Made by a program: the position numbers and the translations under genes
Origin: a virus
IMG/VR virus record: IMGVR_UViG_3300046168_000070
Coordinates: 129,845-193,844 of that record
Length of the DNA stretch: 64,000 bases
Strand: one strand, 5' to 3'
Shown here: positions 9,301 to 18,176 of the stretch, in pieces
Layout of the letters: every line of letters starts with the position of its first letter
How positions within the stretch are numbered: position 1 is the first letter of the stretch
The notes under the pieces: model-generated
The model's input: the letters and a program-made list of their open reading frames with translations, nothing else
Told to the model about the DNA's origin: nothing
The model's database searches: none

Positions 9301-12163
9301 TTTTTAATTTATTGCTTTGATTGATTCTAATTTTAGATACAGGTAGACCAGCGGCTTGTTCTCTTTGTATTGCTTCTATTAATGGATGATCTTTCGCAAA
9401 GCTTGGGATAAATCCTGAGGCAGCTGTCTGGCCTATTTGAGCTAAATATTTTTGCCTATTATCATTAAAGATTTTTTTAGCCATACTGTCAAATGTTGAT
9501 TTATTTGCAGAAGCTTTAAAATCCATTCTATTTATCCCAGAGCTTCCGATACCAAAAAGTTTTCGAACTTTATCGAGTGTTCCAGGAGATTTGCTTGTAT
9601 TGCTGATATTTACATCAAAATCTCCCTTACCTCTTTCTGCAGACATAGCGCTATCTATCCCGTATGCTTGAGCTACCGCAGCTTCGAAAGCGGCCCCAAC
9701 GGCAGCTCCCACAGCCCCTTTGCCTCCAGGAGTTGATTCGAGTTTTTTCTTTATAGTTGACGAGTTTACCCCTCGAGTCCCTTTGGGTTTAATTGCATTT
9801 GAGAATTGAGCGGATGATTTAAAAATGTTTTGAGAAACGCTACTTTCTAAATTATCTTCTTGTGGATTAGTAGCTTGATCACTAGAGGGGCTTTGCGGGC
9901 CAGCAACCAATAAATTAGACATGCTGTAAGGATAGGTTTTGCTTCCAGATTTAAAAGTGCCTACGCTTGGCTGGGCAATTCCTGGAGTTCTGTTGATTTG
10001 AGGTACGAGTACCGCATACCCAGAGCCACTAATATCCATGCGCTGACTTTTTCTTTGGGCTCTTTTTTCGTCTGCAGCTTTAGCTCTTTGGGCAGATAAG
10101 CCTCCGCCTTGAGCTTGCCGAAGCAATTCCCTCTGTTCGTCTACTCCTATACTCGATCCAGCAAAACCGCTCCACGATGGCGGAGGTATTTTAACTGAGC
10201 CACCTTCTCTGATATGCCTCAAGGATTCATCTAAACTGTTAAATCTGCTGATTTTTTTTGCCGCGAAATTAGGAACAAAACCTCTACTTGCATACGGATC
10301 AAACCCATATATGTCTAATGTTTTTTGGCGATGACTTTTTCCAGCCTCAGAGGCTGAAGGTGGATTTATAAAGGGATCTTGAAAGCCAGGAACTTTTTTG
10401 ACTTTTTCAGCTGTATTATATATAACTGTTTGTCCGCTAGGCATCTCCATGCTTTTAACTTTGCCTGGGGCGTATCCCCCTGCTATGGCCCCATTTCTTT
10501 CTCTTTGTTTCGCGTTAAAATTTGGTATGTATCCAGAAGCGCTTCTACGAGCAGCTCTTTCGGGAATTATAAGATTTTCATTAGCTCCTATATTGACAGC
10601 TGTTCTAGCAAGATGTTGAGCTAATTTGACTTGCTCTCTCTGCGCTGCTGTTTGCTTAACGATTAAGTCTAAAATGACTTGTTCTTGCTGTCGCTTTGTC
10701 TGCCCTTGACCGATTAGAGACCCTACGACTTCGTGATTACTGCGTAATAAATTTAAAATGCTTTCTTGTACCGCTTTTTGTTTCTGAGCCTCAGAGGTCA
10801 TGCCCATGAAGTTTCTTATACTGGTGGAGGCAAATTTTGCTACATCAACAAATAATTTACCAACAAGACCTAGAATCAAGACTGCTCCTGGCCCAGATAT
10901 TACATTACCTATTCCTTTAAGAAAACCATTTGCAAAATTGCTGCCTATAGAGTCTCCATCTAAAACATTAGAAATTCCATCAGCTAACCCGTTTACCGCT
11001 TTTAAAATCTTTTCAATGCCTGGGCCTACTGTAATTGATCCAATCTGATCTGCTAGTTGCTGTAGGCTTAATCCTGTTTTTGTAAGTAAAGCATCTAATG
11101 TTTTATTTAATTGCTCATTCTTTTTTACAGCTTCATCTGTCGCTGATGCTGATATTTGAATTGCTCTGGCTGTAATACTATTTTCCTTACCCAAGTCCCG
11201 CATTGCTGCTTTTAACGTATTGATCTGAAACATTCCACCAACTAATTGTGCAATATTAGATTGTTGTGACTGCGATAAAGTATCGTATGTCTTAGCTAAG
11301 TTTTCAAGAATTTTAATCGCTGGAATTACATTGCCCTGCATATCCTTGACTGCAACCCCAAGCATTTCTAGCTGTTCAATAGTTTGAGGTCTCTGTATTC
11401 TAGTAAAAATTGTTTTAAATGAGTTACCGATAACAGCTCCACCTCTAGCAGTAATTTGTTGAGCTGCTGTGATAGCGCCTATTAATTGATCAATATTCAT
11501 TCCCGCATCCTGAGCAACTGCTGATGCTCTAGATAAGCCGTCGATTAAATCTTCTGAACTAACAGCAAAAGCCATATCGACTGCAGCCAGTTTATTCATT
11601 ATATTTGCAGTAGATAATCCAGCGTCTCCAAATGCATTGATTGCAGCAGTAAGACCTTTAACTGAATCTGCTGCTTTCATCCCTGTTAACCTTGTGAGTA
11701 TAAGGGCATCATTAGTCCTTTTTAATGTTTGCTCCATTGTTAAACCTTGACGGGCAAATTCTGTTGCGGCTGAAGCTACAGAGTCAAAGCTTTGAGCTGT
11801 ATTCTTTGCTATTTTAAATAAGCTATTACCAAATTGGTCTAAATTTTTAGCGCTAGTACCCATGACAACATTGATATCAGCTAGAGCTTTCTCTACTTTT
11901 ATTGTTTGTACAACTAATTGAGAAAAAGCATTTTTAACTGATTCGATAACAGCTACTGAGGCGCCGAATGCTACAACACGAGCATTGGAGGCTTCAATCG
12001 ACTTAGTGAATTCATCCGCCGCCCCTGTAATTCTTCCTAACGGTTGAGTGAAAGAGCGATCATCAACATTTATCTTCAAAGGCTTTCTGTTGAACTGGTC
12101 CATAGCCTTTTGTATGGAGCGTTCTAAGCCTACTTGTTCTACTGGAAGTTTGAAAGTACTCAT
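3314..12163 (-). CDS. Tail tape measure protein (TP901-family N-terminal domain), 2949 aa
   Basis: Ala/Gly-rich N-terminal TMP signature (EKALADINVVMG...FARQGL...ALILTRLTGM), long coiled-coil middle, C-terminal GG...DDVPAMLNSGEYVIRKSAV and VPSLLTGGEFVINKDAV motifs typical of TMPs; located next to tail genes. Confidence 0.92.
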   Translation of the reverse strand: MSTFKLPVEQVGLERSIQKAMDQFNRKPLKINVDDRSFTQPLGRITGAADEFTKSIEASNARVVAFGASVAVIESVKNAFSQLVVQTIKVEKALADINVVMGTSAKNLDQFGNSLFKIAKNTAQSFDSVASAATEFARQGLTMEQTLKRTNDALILTRLTGMKAADSVKGLTAAINAFGDAGLSTANIMNKLAAVDMAFAVSSEDLIDGLSRASAVAQDAGMNIDQLIGAITAAQQITARGGAVIGNSFKTIFTRIQRPQTIEQLEMLGVAVKDMQGNVIPAIKILENLAKTYDTLSQSQQSNIAQLVGGMFQINTLKAAMRDLGKENSITARAIQISASATDEAVKKNEQLNKTLDALLTKTGLSLQQLADQIGSITVGPGIEKILKAVNGLADGISNVLDGDSIGSNFANGFLKGIGNVISGPGAVLILGLVGKLFVDVAKFASTSIRNFMGMTSEAQKQKAVQESILNLLRSNHEVVGSLIGQGQTKRQQEQVILDLIVKQTAAQREQVKLAQHLARTAVNIGANENLIIPERAARRSASGYIPNFNAKQRERNGAIAGGYAPGKVKSMEMPSGQTVIYNTAEKVKKVPGFQDPFINPPSASEAGKSHRQKTLDIYGFDPYASRGFVPNFAAKKISRFNSLDESLRHIREGGSVKIPPPSWSGFAGSSIGVDEQRELLRQAQGGGLSAQRAKAADEKRAQRKSQRMDISGSGYAVLVPQINRTPGIAQPSVGTFKSGSKTYPYSMSNLLVAGPQSPSSDQATNPQEDNLESSVSQNIFKSSAQFSNAIKPKGTRGVNSSTIKKKLESTPGGKGAVGAAVGAAFEAAVAQAYGIDSAMSAERGKGDFDVNISNTSKSPGTLDKVRKLFGIGSSGINRMDFKASANKSTFDSMAKKIFNDNRQKYLAQIGQTAASGFIPSFAKDHPLIEAIQREQAAGLPVSKIRINQSNKLKSSSNPMGLAVTNTRDEPRGMQDVPNFAARSRKLPGFDSSVFRDLKVLGGAMKEMSKTGVKLNSDMQSFVKTYNTHALNQTGLNKETLLLRLKEKGASEGQTKEALRQLGFEKQETAEGIKQINAARKKSDQEKLVNKSGKLGLGEEGVIGSRLRGLRDSKSKGAKALRSFGRFSGGFGASFGLPIAGGIIDQGLTSAFGGDRVKMSKGQRFASGAAGSITTGLSSGAMLGGAIGSAVPVIGTAVGAAVGGALGAAGGLVSALGNTELSMEELAGVVQEASSIQTELNNTFGALDQLKSSGLSESELAKKISETLNKSNPNLKNQKGQTLAQAYLGANNEQERAAVRENFAQITQKQVGSAQLLENLGLFREAADDANPFIGKSKGVGERERSKLASSFGQFGLTEDQIGSLSNLKKDRYMTGRSLGGRPIFKSAAEGEKRSGENVAKILGFDKQKDEVNFNLIADEIDNIIDEGGWDSFLKAVQESGKNLKDVLEGSAKVAKEMKNAARDFSSLKDNIRQAAVKSKIAFEFLKGDLKIKNELDELKLKYMTMNSSVSDRLAMEENMLKAQAGVNAELEKSESLEETRQKLLGDVLNQLKSEGVTPTGLSAFSEKIQNASAETIKTLLDSPEKLEEALGIKPGTLAQGRQLSESIKTVLDGYKESESLINAKLSIENKQITTQMRIQELQEKEANSRQQLNLAVDEKIRSLRSIQIDEGLGFDSEIRAIERERKYQPFTKTGDGAQELFDIETESKLLAKRREKFSAESIKETQIQGAQLFKDTSVQDALINSNDKLIIAIDELRATLVEQANADVFAAAAEQEKLKSGGSSLSKELEERQARISSIQEQLKANASVPLVKDEVAQRQIPQVDFIKAFGLGGNRFAQQNPLMSAISQNQKNFSQPGDLNLAFADWNNQQKSISKNQGSLKTADEIEKSNKALESELSSLTKETAELQNKIGLINRNKGLLSPGPTNTLQESQDKVKNFNLNKIFNDAQSQFSNVKDPTKFNESMKNEMLKVITKDAGFQEALGKRKDLQGAKIEDQIKALSQDGSFSKISEASNTILNSFAQLDNNVRKTSAGFDEDAKDLAAHSEQIKAQFDPLRKMADETEKASYSIRKLKESGDISGAARASLDLQRQYNVSSPAQQMAMRQGMAQQGMSPMSNRDVFLAGVASNSNTVQNSELEFYRTLGEDLPRTFSSNMAKALTEAGAGIKSWDDALQDVALGFLDTLNQAIQQKLSNQILGLVNTGIGSMTGGFSPFSKGGVVRRSDGGEVYGGSGTKDDVPAMLNSGEYVIRKSAVNKYGKDFLTSINSGTVKQRNQGGMIGPADPSRELEEQTGEGGFLISSFGQAGTMEAGAITGRDNLMSFATQAGTSGARDVIQSTGAVDDYGQAMPSSSGGGVNIQLEDESARLSGLGLISGPVADEVMTAKQQALDAVGAYDRNVEALRKYREQRKKAIKNAIKQALIGAAISFGVSQLTSAIQSTQVAKASNTMGLEQGVRAEAGVPTGPLRPETFKQHAPQVMKDMNISSGDLYMKGGMPNMAKASSRFAMNGISNPQAYVSFTGGANPGSSTRGSSSFTKNLFSRGGNAANARFAGSGFQVNSLGMASQQSGFFGGFKNPNLSQNIGGGSVADILSLQNTSWNTSAGTAMMGQNMAPLSSNAAGLAETKTISGSTGVVNNVQRRLTENFALGGKVGHSAQKGKVPSLLTGGEFVINKDAVKKHGLSFFNSINAQRLNRGGVVGKNVSMPAGSNMDSQSELLQQILDTLIIQGETAESTRSETQTLKETIESKTTNNITTGEAGEAGTDQSTILQSILEEIKNQNTTISQEISNSVQNVIDKSQTSQSTEINNSSSSNSNSVRSSSNVSNVSNNSNFVDQASIQNDLLSQILLALQSQPSGGSGGFSTSSGGSGGGVGDININVTVDSKGGSQSSYEGGGSSDMGSANGVNSSVNQKANDIAKQIEESVIKILTDQQRLGGVLPNPSKMK

Positions 12164-12176
12164 TGTTCATGAGTAT

Positions 12177-12182
12177 TTACAC
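12177..12182 (-). promoter_or_regulatory. GTGTAA motif upstream of the TMP
   Basis: 13 nt before ATG 12163. Confidence 0.6.
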
Positions 12183-12187
12183 TAATA

Positions 12188-13195
12188 TTATTGTTTTGGA
12201 TTAGCTCCCATTAAGGCTATTAGATCATTCATATCTAAAGATCCACCCTTTTTCTTCGCTTCTTCATATAATGATACTTCTTTAGGGCCATTTTCTTTAT
12301 CAACCCCCATGTATTCATAGTCTTCTTTGTTCGCTCCAAATACTGTGGTAGCACCTCTTTTATCTTCGTCTTTAGTTAATGTTTCCTTATTTTTATCAGA
12401 AGAATTTGCAAAATCTAATAAAGCTAAAGGATCTTTTTTAATATGTTCTGGTATTTTTTCGTGCTTCTCTAAAATAGATTTAAATATTCTACTATAAACT
12501 ATTAGTCTGATTTGATGTTGCGTTAAAAAACAAACAGGCTTTCCATAAAATTGAGTAGAGTCTTCGCAAAACGGCATATAAGGAAAGAAAAATTCTTCTA
12601 AACAAATTTTTTGTATATTATATTCTGATATTTCATTATGCCATTTATTATGTAAATTAATAATTTCAGTAAGCTCTGACCTAGCGATAGCATCATATTC
12701 CTCTCTGGTAAAAAGATTGTCTTCCAGTGTTTTATCTTTATAAAAACATTGTAAAATGTAATAATCATTGACCCTTTCTTTAGCATACCTTTCTGCGGTT
12801 CTTCCTAGTAATTCTTCTTTTTCGTTTTTCTTTTCGTTTAACTGATTCTGGACCTCCATGATCCTTCTATTTTGTTCGTCTATCTGAGACTTGAGTCCTA
12901 TATTCTTTTTATTAGAAACCAGGCTATCTAGATATTTTTCTTTATCTTTAATAAAAAACTCATCATCTTCAGTCCAGTCTCCGCCTTCTATTAGAAGATT
13001 CAAATTTTCTTCTTCAGAAGGAACACCTCTGGACTTTGCTTCTGATAAGTATTCATCATGAACGTCCTCAAGATCTACTTGATCATGGGAGTTTATGTGC
13101 TTTATGTATACTTGTTGGCGCTGAAATTTATCTTGAGAATAGCCTCTGACTATATCTCTAAATATTTTTCGTAAAATATTTGAGTCATCAGCCAC
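12188..13195 (-). CDS. Probable tail assembly chaperone (pre-TMP protein)
   Basis: 335-aa charged helical ORF immediately upstream of the TMP; assignment by synteny only. Confidence 0.5.
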   Translation of the reverse strand: MADDSNILRKIFRDIVRGYSQDKFQRQQVYIKHINSHDQVDLEDVHDEYLSEAKSRGVPSEEENLNLLIEGGDWTEDDEFFIKDKEKYLDSLVSNKKNIGLKSQIDEQNRRIMEVQNQLNEKKNEKEELLGRTAERYAKERVNDYYILQCFYKDKTLEDNLFTREEYDAIARSELTEIINLHNKWHNEISEYNIQKICLEEFFFPYMPFCEDSTQFYGKPVCFLTQHQIRLIVYSRIFKSILEKHEKIPEHIKKDPLALLDFANSSDKNKETLTKDEDKRGATTVFGANKEDYEYMGVDKENGPKEVSLYEEAKKKGGSLDMNDLIALMGANPKQ

Positions 13196-13203
13196 CGCAT
13201 TGT

Positions 13204-14112
13204 CTATTTAGTTTTTTTGGTTGGCTTTCTCGAGCTTGGTCTAGAGGTTTTTTTCGTTGCGGGCTTAGGCTTGCTAGCAGGAACCTTTTCGGCAATTTGT
13301 TCAACTTTTAATTCTTCTTCTTTTTTTGGATTTAATTCTTGATCCACTTCCTCTACATCTTCATTTAGATTGTCAAACTCTTCTTTGTCTGTGCTACTAC
13401 TGAAGAACCAGTAGCTAATAAAAGTTGTGAGTTTATTTTTTATGTTGTTAAAAATATCAGATTTGCCTTGCTCGTCAAAAAGGTAATATTGCTCTAACTT
13501 ATCGTCGGCTGTAACACCTTCAAATAAAGGGACAAGCTCACTGTCTTCAGCTTCTTCTTCTTTAAAATAAGTTAAATTTACAACATACCACATAATAGCT
13601 TTATTTTGAGCTTTTGTATCTGCGGTATGGTTGAAAAGAGCTGAGTAGGCTGTCTCAAGATTAACAATACTTGTTCTCGTTTCAGTTAAATCTATTAATA
13701 GCTGTCGAATGACATTAAGATCTTCGGCGCTCTTTTTTTCTTTGCTTTGATATCTTTGGTATTCTGTCTGTAGTTCGCCTACTCTGGCGTAGTGTTTATT
13801 AAGTTCTAGAGCGTCATCCTCAGTCATCATACCTCCTAAGTCTGAGTATTTTTTAGAAAGCATAGCTTTAGTAAGAATTCCTTTTTTAATACAGCGACTC
13901 ATTTCGATACTGTACTCCATGTCAGCCTCTTCCATTTGCCTACGGTTCGGTTGCTTAATGACAATCCTGTACCTCGTTGGCACTTCAATAGTTTTAGATA
14001 CAGTTACTTTTTCAGGGTCGCCCGTTTCTTGATTAAACTCTGTTTTAGTTTCAGATATTTCTTTTGTTTGACTTACTTCTGTACTGAAGCTATAGATTTC
14101 TTTATTACTCAT
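13204..14112 (-). CDS. Probable tail assembly chaperone
   Basis: 302-aa acidic helical ORF with Lys/Pro-rich tail, two genes upstream of the TMP; synteny only. Confidence 0.5.
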   Translation of the reverse strand: MSNKEIYSFSTEVSQTKEISETKTEFNQETGDPEKVTVSKTIEVPTRYRIVIKQPNRRQMEEADMEYSIEMSRCIKKGILTKAMLSKKYSDLGGMMTEDDALELNKHYARVGELQTEYQRYQSKEKKSAEDLNVIRQLLIDLTETRTSIVNLETAYSALFNHTADTKAQNKAIMWYVVNLTYFKEEEAEDSELVPLFEGVTADDKLEQYYLFDEQGKSDIFNNIKNKLTTFISYWFFSSSTDKEEFDNLNEDVEEVDQELNPKKEEELKVEQIAEKVPASKPKPATKKTSRPSSRKPTKKTK

Positions 14113-14120
14113 AATATATT

Positions 14121-14411
14121 TTATTTTTTAAACTCAAAAATTAAATCAATTTTTTCAAATTCAGAATTATTTTTCCGAACTGATTCATTCCCCATGTCTA
14201 ATACTTTCTTTCGAATAGATTGTAATTTTTCATAATCGAAGTAATCAGCCATATTAATTAATCCTTCATGTTCTTCAGGTAAGGAATGCTTGAGTTTTAA
14301 AAATATCCTCTGATGTTCAGAGTGTAGATCTTCAACAATATTTAAAAATCTTTTAAACAGATCTTTAGTATGTTTTTCAATATTTTCTTCTATTAATTGT
14401 TTTGGTTCCAT
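14121..14411 (-). CDS. Hypothetical protein
   Basis: 96-aa ORF, tightly packed in the operon, preceded by AAGGAAAGG (SD-like) and a GTGTAA motif. Confidence 0.75.
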   Translation of the reverse strand: MEPKQLIEENIEKHTKDLFKRFLNIVEDLHSEHQRIFLKLKHSLPEEHEGLINMADYFDYEKLQSIRKKVLDMGNESVRKNNSEFEKIDLIFEFKK

Positions 14412-14438
14412 AAGCCTTTCCTTTTACCTTAATTAAAA

Positions 14439-14464
14439 TTACACGATTTTCTTTTAATGTGTAA
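14439..14464. promoter_or_regulatory. Back-to-back GTGTAA motifs (minus 14439-14444, plus 14459-14464)
   Basis: One per strand in the 62-bp divergent intergenic gap; the plus copy is 9 nt before ATG 14474. Confidence 0.65.
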
Positions 14465-14473
14465 TAAAATATA

Positions 14474-14920
14474 ATGGTAGGACTATTCTCAGAATCTGAT
14501 AAAGATGAAATAAGGCAGAGCTTTAAGCTACTTCATGATACATTTGGTAGAGAGGTATTTATATATAAAGATGCTAAAAAAATAATTGTATCTTCTGACT
14601 CTACATTTAATTCTGTTTATGGATTAGCTAATAACGGAACTCAATCAGTTGAATATGAACCTGTTCAGCAGTCAATAAAAGCCAGAATAATATATGGTAA
14701 GCAGCAAAACGAATCAAATTTTCCTGGCACAAGCGTAAACGCAGAGTTATCCGAGGGAGAAGTAAAAATTACTGTAACGAAAGAAGATTATAATAATTTT
14801 GTTAAAGATGCTAAGCGGGCAGAAATCGATGGCGAGAAATTTATTTTTATAAGTGATCCAAGGCCTCAAGGAATGTTTGGGCCTGATTATTATTCATTTA
14901 TGCTAAGGAGAGCTCAATGA
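14474..14920 (+). CDS. Probable head-tail joining (head closure) protein
   Basis: 148 aa, beta-rich, first gene of the neck-to-tube operon; size and position match SPP1 gp16-like proteins. Confidence 0.5.
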   Translation: MVGLFSESDKDEIRQSFKLLHDTFGREVFIYKDAKKIIVSSDSTFNSVYGLANNGTQSVEYEPVQQSIKARIIYGKQQNESNFPGTSVNAELSEGEVKITVTKEDYNNFVKDAKRAEIDGEKFIFISDPRPQGMFGPDYYSFMLRRAQ

Positions 14921-15516
14921 TCAATCAAATATTGGCCAACAAAATAATTGAACAGCAATTAATGAAGCAACCTTCCGCTCTTAAGAGCCTGAGAGTTCAT
15001 GCCTTAAGGGAAGTCGAAACAGAAATAAACATAATCAAAAAAGAAATGTTGTACGAATTTCAAAATCATCCAATCACTAGAGAAATAGAAATGGGGCCAA
15101 ACGGGCAAAATATAAGCGGAACCTTGGGTGGCAAAGGTAATTTATTTACATTTATAGGTTTTGATAAAAATGATAAACCAACCCTTCCAATAAAAGAATA
15201 CTTATTAAAAGTTAGTGTGGCTTATAAAAGAATGGAGAAAGGGCGTTTTATATTTGACATAACATATCCTTCTAAGGAAGAATTATTCTCAATAACTCCA
15301 ATGCCTTGGGCCTCGGGAAGAAGCTGGTTAAAGGGTATAGAGCTAGGCATGTCTGGATTAGGAATGTATTTACATAAATCAGGAGACCCTATCAGAGTTA
15401 GTCGCTCAGGGCAGGCTATACAAGTTAAGGGCAAAATTAGTCCTGGCAAGTTTACAAATACATCATATATTTCTAAAATAATTAATAACTTTACGGCAAA
15501 AATACAAAAATTATGA
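14917..15516 (+). CDS. Probable neck / tail-completion protein
   Basis: 199-aa basic ORF overlapping both neighbours (ATGA), between the head-closure-like and terminator-like genes. Confidence 0.45.
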   Translation: MINQILANKIIEQQLMKQPSALKSLRVHALREVETEINIIKKEMLYEFQNHPITREIEMGPNGQNISGTLGGKGNLFTFIGFDKNDKPTLPIKEYLLKVSVAYKRMEKGRFIFDITYPSKEELFSITPMPWASGRSWLKGIELGMSGLGMYLHKSGDPIRVSRSGQAIQVKGKISPGKFTNTSYISKIINNFTAKIQKL

Positions 15517-16787
15517 AAGTAACATATCAACACGAGGTCACGACAAGCTTTGTCTTATGGTTTGATCATTTTCTTTTATCAAAAGGACAGGCTTTTAAGA
15601 ATCTTACAAGTACATTTTATCCTCAAGTTGATGCAAGACTTCCGAATAACGTAATATATGCGTCTCCGCATAAACAGTGGGTTACTGATGCTAGCATTGC
15701 AGGTGCTACGATACCAAATGGAGTATACAATGATGGAGTCTTTGTGCCTAGAGGAACTAGTGGATTAAAATTGGACTTCGAGAATGGTAGAGCTATACTG
15801 AACTCAGGGTTTTCAAGCTCCGCTAATATAACAGGAACATTTGCTCTTAAGGATTTTAATATATATGTCACTGATCAGAATGAAGAGGATTTAATAATTG
15901 AAAGCAACCATAAGATTAATAGTCGATTTTTTAGAGAAAACGCAGGAATACCTCCATATGACCAAGTGGTTCCAGCTATATTTATATCAAATGATGGCTT
16001 CAAAAATGACCCTTTCGCTTTTGGCGGAGAAGATAAAACTACGACATATTTTAAAGCTGCAGTTATAGCCGAGAATCTTTATACGCTTGACGGCGTCCTT
16101 TCTATCTTTAATGATTCAAATAGGACTATATTTAGCAAGATTGATTTTGAAGACCATCCAATGAATGAGTTTGGCGACTTTAAAAACGGCTCAAAAGTAG
16201 AAATATCTATTCCAAACTTAACTGCGAGCAGGTGGCATGGCGACCATACATACCAATATGGAGGTACTTTTACTATAAAGAGTTACGAAATAAACTCTCA
16301 AACAAAATTCTCGATAATTTATAGCGCTGCTGGAAGTAATGCAAGTTTTAATTTTAATAAAGAAACGAATGAAGTGACGGTATCTTACCCTAGATACGCA
16401 CAAGATAGGACATTCTTTACTTGGACGCCTGGTGGCGGAAATGACTATATTAGTGTCGGCAGCGACCCTTCGCTGAGGGATATTATTAATTTTATTAATA
16501 GCCAGCCAGGGTTTACGGCATCGACTACTGCAACTGAATACAACACTTTTTATGAGATTGCTCCTCCTGGGTTGAGTAGTGGAGAATATTATCCCGTGGA
16601 TGATGTCTCTGATATTCGTACATATAATTACGAAACTTTAGCGGAAAAAACTAAACAAGATTATTTTTTAATAGAATCTGTATCATGCTCTAGAATGTCA
16701 GATAATTTAAGAAAAGTTGTATTGGATAATTTATTTGTAGGTTTTATTGATTTCGAAGTGGCTCAAACTAGATTCCCTAGATTATAA
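15513..16787 (+). CDS. Probable tail terminator-like protein carrying a ~143-aa in-frame inserted domain (about 16194-16622)
   Basis: Directly upstream of the tube gene. Core VVPAIFISN...TTYFKAAVIAEN...GFIDFEVAQTR is terminator-like. The segment EISIPNL...PPGLSSGEY aligns with 62920-63309. Confidence 0.55.
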   Translation: MKVTYQHEVTTSFVLWFDHFLLSKGQAFKNLTSTFYPQVDARLPNNVIYASPHKQWVTDASIAGATIPNGVYNDGVFVPRGTSGLKLDFENGRAILNSGFSSSANITGTFALKDFNIYVTDQNEEDLIIESNHKINSRFFRENAGIPPYDQVVPAIFISNDGFKNDPFAFGGEDKTTTYFKAAVIAENLYTLDGVLSIFNDSNRTIFSKIDFEDHPMNEFGDFKNGSKVEISIPNLTASRWHGDHTYQYGGTFTIKSYEINSQTKFSIIYSAAGSNASFNFNKETNEVTVSYPRYAQDRTFFTWTPGGGNDYISVGSDPSLRDIINFINSQPGFTASTTATEYNTFYEIAPPGLSSGEYYPVDDVSDIRTYNYETLAEKTKQDYFLIESVSCSRMSDNLRKVVLDNLFVGFIDFEVAQTRFPRL

Positions 16788-16912
16788 AAAATTTTAAATT
16801 AATAACTAATTAAATTAAATAAAATTTAAGAATCTTACAGGAAAGATAAATAAAAATTTCCCAAAAAACAAAAAAAAATGTAATCGAGCATATCATCTAA
16901 TATTTTTTTATT

Positions 16913-18100
16913 ATGGCTAGAAACAGAGTTATATACCAAAGTGAAGCGTTATTCGTCAGTCCAAATTCTACGGGCTATCATTTTTCTGGAGAAGATTCAG
17001 CAGGAATTTCGATGGCTACTGGAATCCTTGGAGTAGGAGGAACGCATGTAAGAGATTCGGGCAATATGGTGTCCCAGTTAAGTCGGGTACAGAGTGCGAA
17101 TTATAGTTTTACAATTAATAGGACCGATATCAATGAATTTGGAAGATTGGCGCGTATCGACGCTTTGATTACCGAATCTCCAACGGTATCTTTAGACTTT
17201 ACATATTATCCAATCGATGGAAAGAACGAGGCATTGCTTAAGTTCGAAACCGACGGAACGACTAACTGCATTAAAAACCACCTTAACGACACAGTTGGTT
17301 CAAACTTTTTTATCCAAACAACTGCAGAAGGTACTGATGTTGCTGGTAATACAGAAGCTGATAGCACAAAAACTACAATTGGTTTAGGAAACGGATTCTT
17401 GTCTGATTATACATTTGATGCTTCTGTCGGAAGTATTCCTACGGCCAGTGTTACAATTGAAGGTTTCAACATGAAGGCTGATCAAGGGGTCACAGGTAAT
17501 AATATTCCAGCAGTTACTCTTGAGGATGGAAGTCCTATTGATGAAATTCAGTATAGCTTACCTTCTGGTAGTACTGGAGATCATGGTCTCGCGGCACTTC
17601 GTCCTGGTGACTTAAAACTTCTTTTCCCATCAGACTCAGCTTTGATTACTAATACATCTGGAGAAGGCGGCGGAACTGCGGCTCACGTTCAAAGTGTTAG
17701 CTTTAATATCCCAATGTCAAGAACTCCAATTGAAAGACTAGGTAGTGTATTCCCTTATGTTCGTGTGCCTGATGTGCCATTGAATGCAAGTTTTACAATT
17801 AACGCTTTAGTGGCAGATATTGGAACTGGAAACCTTGCTATTTTAATTGACAACGAAGAAAAGCAAGAACTAACTGTAGAAATGACTAACCCAGCAGATA
17901 ATAGTAAGACTATGTCATTTACTATCAAGGGAGCCTTACTAGACTCAGAGTCATTTAGTTCGGATATTGGAGGCAACAAAACTGTAGACATGACTTTCAC
18001 AACTCAGGTCGGTGGTCCAGAAGATACTGAAAACGGTGTTTTCATCTCAGGTATGTATGATACTAATTATCTCCCTGACTATAGTAACGTCACGCAATAG
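16913..18100 (+). CDS. Major tail tube protein
   Basis: 395-aa acidic, beta-rich protein with two internal repeats (RVQSANYSFTINRTDINEFG; HVQSVSFNIPMSRTPIERLG), followed by a strong terminator; position between neck genes and fibres. Confidence 0.75.
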   Translation: MARNRVIYQSEALFVSPNSTGYHFSGEDSAGISMATGILGVGGTHVRDSGNMVSQLSRVQSANYSFTINRTDINEFGRLARIDALITESPTVSLDFTYYPIDGKNEALLKFETDGTTNCIKNHLNDTVGSNFFIQTTAEGTDVAGNTEADSTKTTIGLGNGFLSDYTFDASVGSIPTASVTIEGFNMKADQGVTGNNIPAVTLEDGSPIDEIQYSLPSGSTGDHGLAALRPGDLKLLFPSDSALITNTSGEGGGTAAHVQSVSFNIPMSRTPIERLGSVFPYVRVPDVPLNASFTINALVADIGTGNLAILIDNEEKQELTVEMTNPADNSKTMSFTIKGALLDSESFSSDIGGNKTVDMTFTTQVGGPEDTENGVFISGMYDTNYLPDYSNVTQ

Positions 18101-18131
18101 CCTTAATTTAGAGATGTAATCTCTTAACTAT

Positions 18132-18159
18132 AAAAACACCCCGAAAGGGGTGTTTTTTT
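18132..18159 (+). terminator. Rho-independent terminator (probably bidirectional)
   Basis: AAAAACACCCC-GAAA-GGGGTGTTTTTTT: 11-bp stem, GNRA loop, T-tract, 31 nt after the tube stop codon. Confidence 0.9.
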
Positions 18160-18162
18160 ATT

Positions 18163-18168
18163 GTGTAA
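18163..18168 (+). promoter_or_regulatory. GTGTAA motif
   Basis: Just after the terminator, 8 nt before GTG 18177. Confidence 0.6.
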
Positions 18169-18176
18169 ATATATGT

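Noticed and set aside
46-11048. Short plus-strand ORFs opposite the FN3 gene and the TMP
   Set aside because: Antisense shadows of long, well-supported minus-strand genes.
13190-13225. Lambda G/GT-type -1 frameshift between the two pre-TMP chaperone genes (A7 run; the downstream gene is in the -1 frame)
   Set aside because: The -1 frame hits TAA immediately after the A-run (CAA AAA AAC TAA), so no fusion is possible there.
18150-18176. ORF-track start for the tube paralogue
   Set aside because: It lies inside the terminator stem; GTG 18177 aligns with the tube N-terminus.
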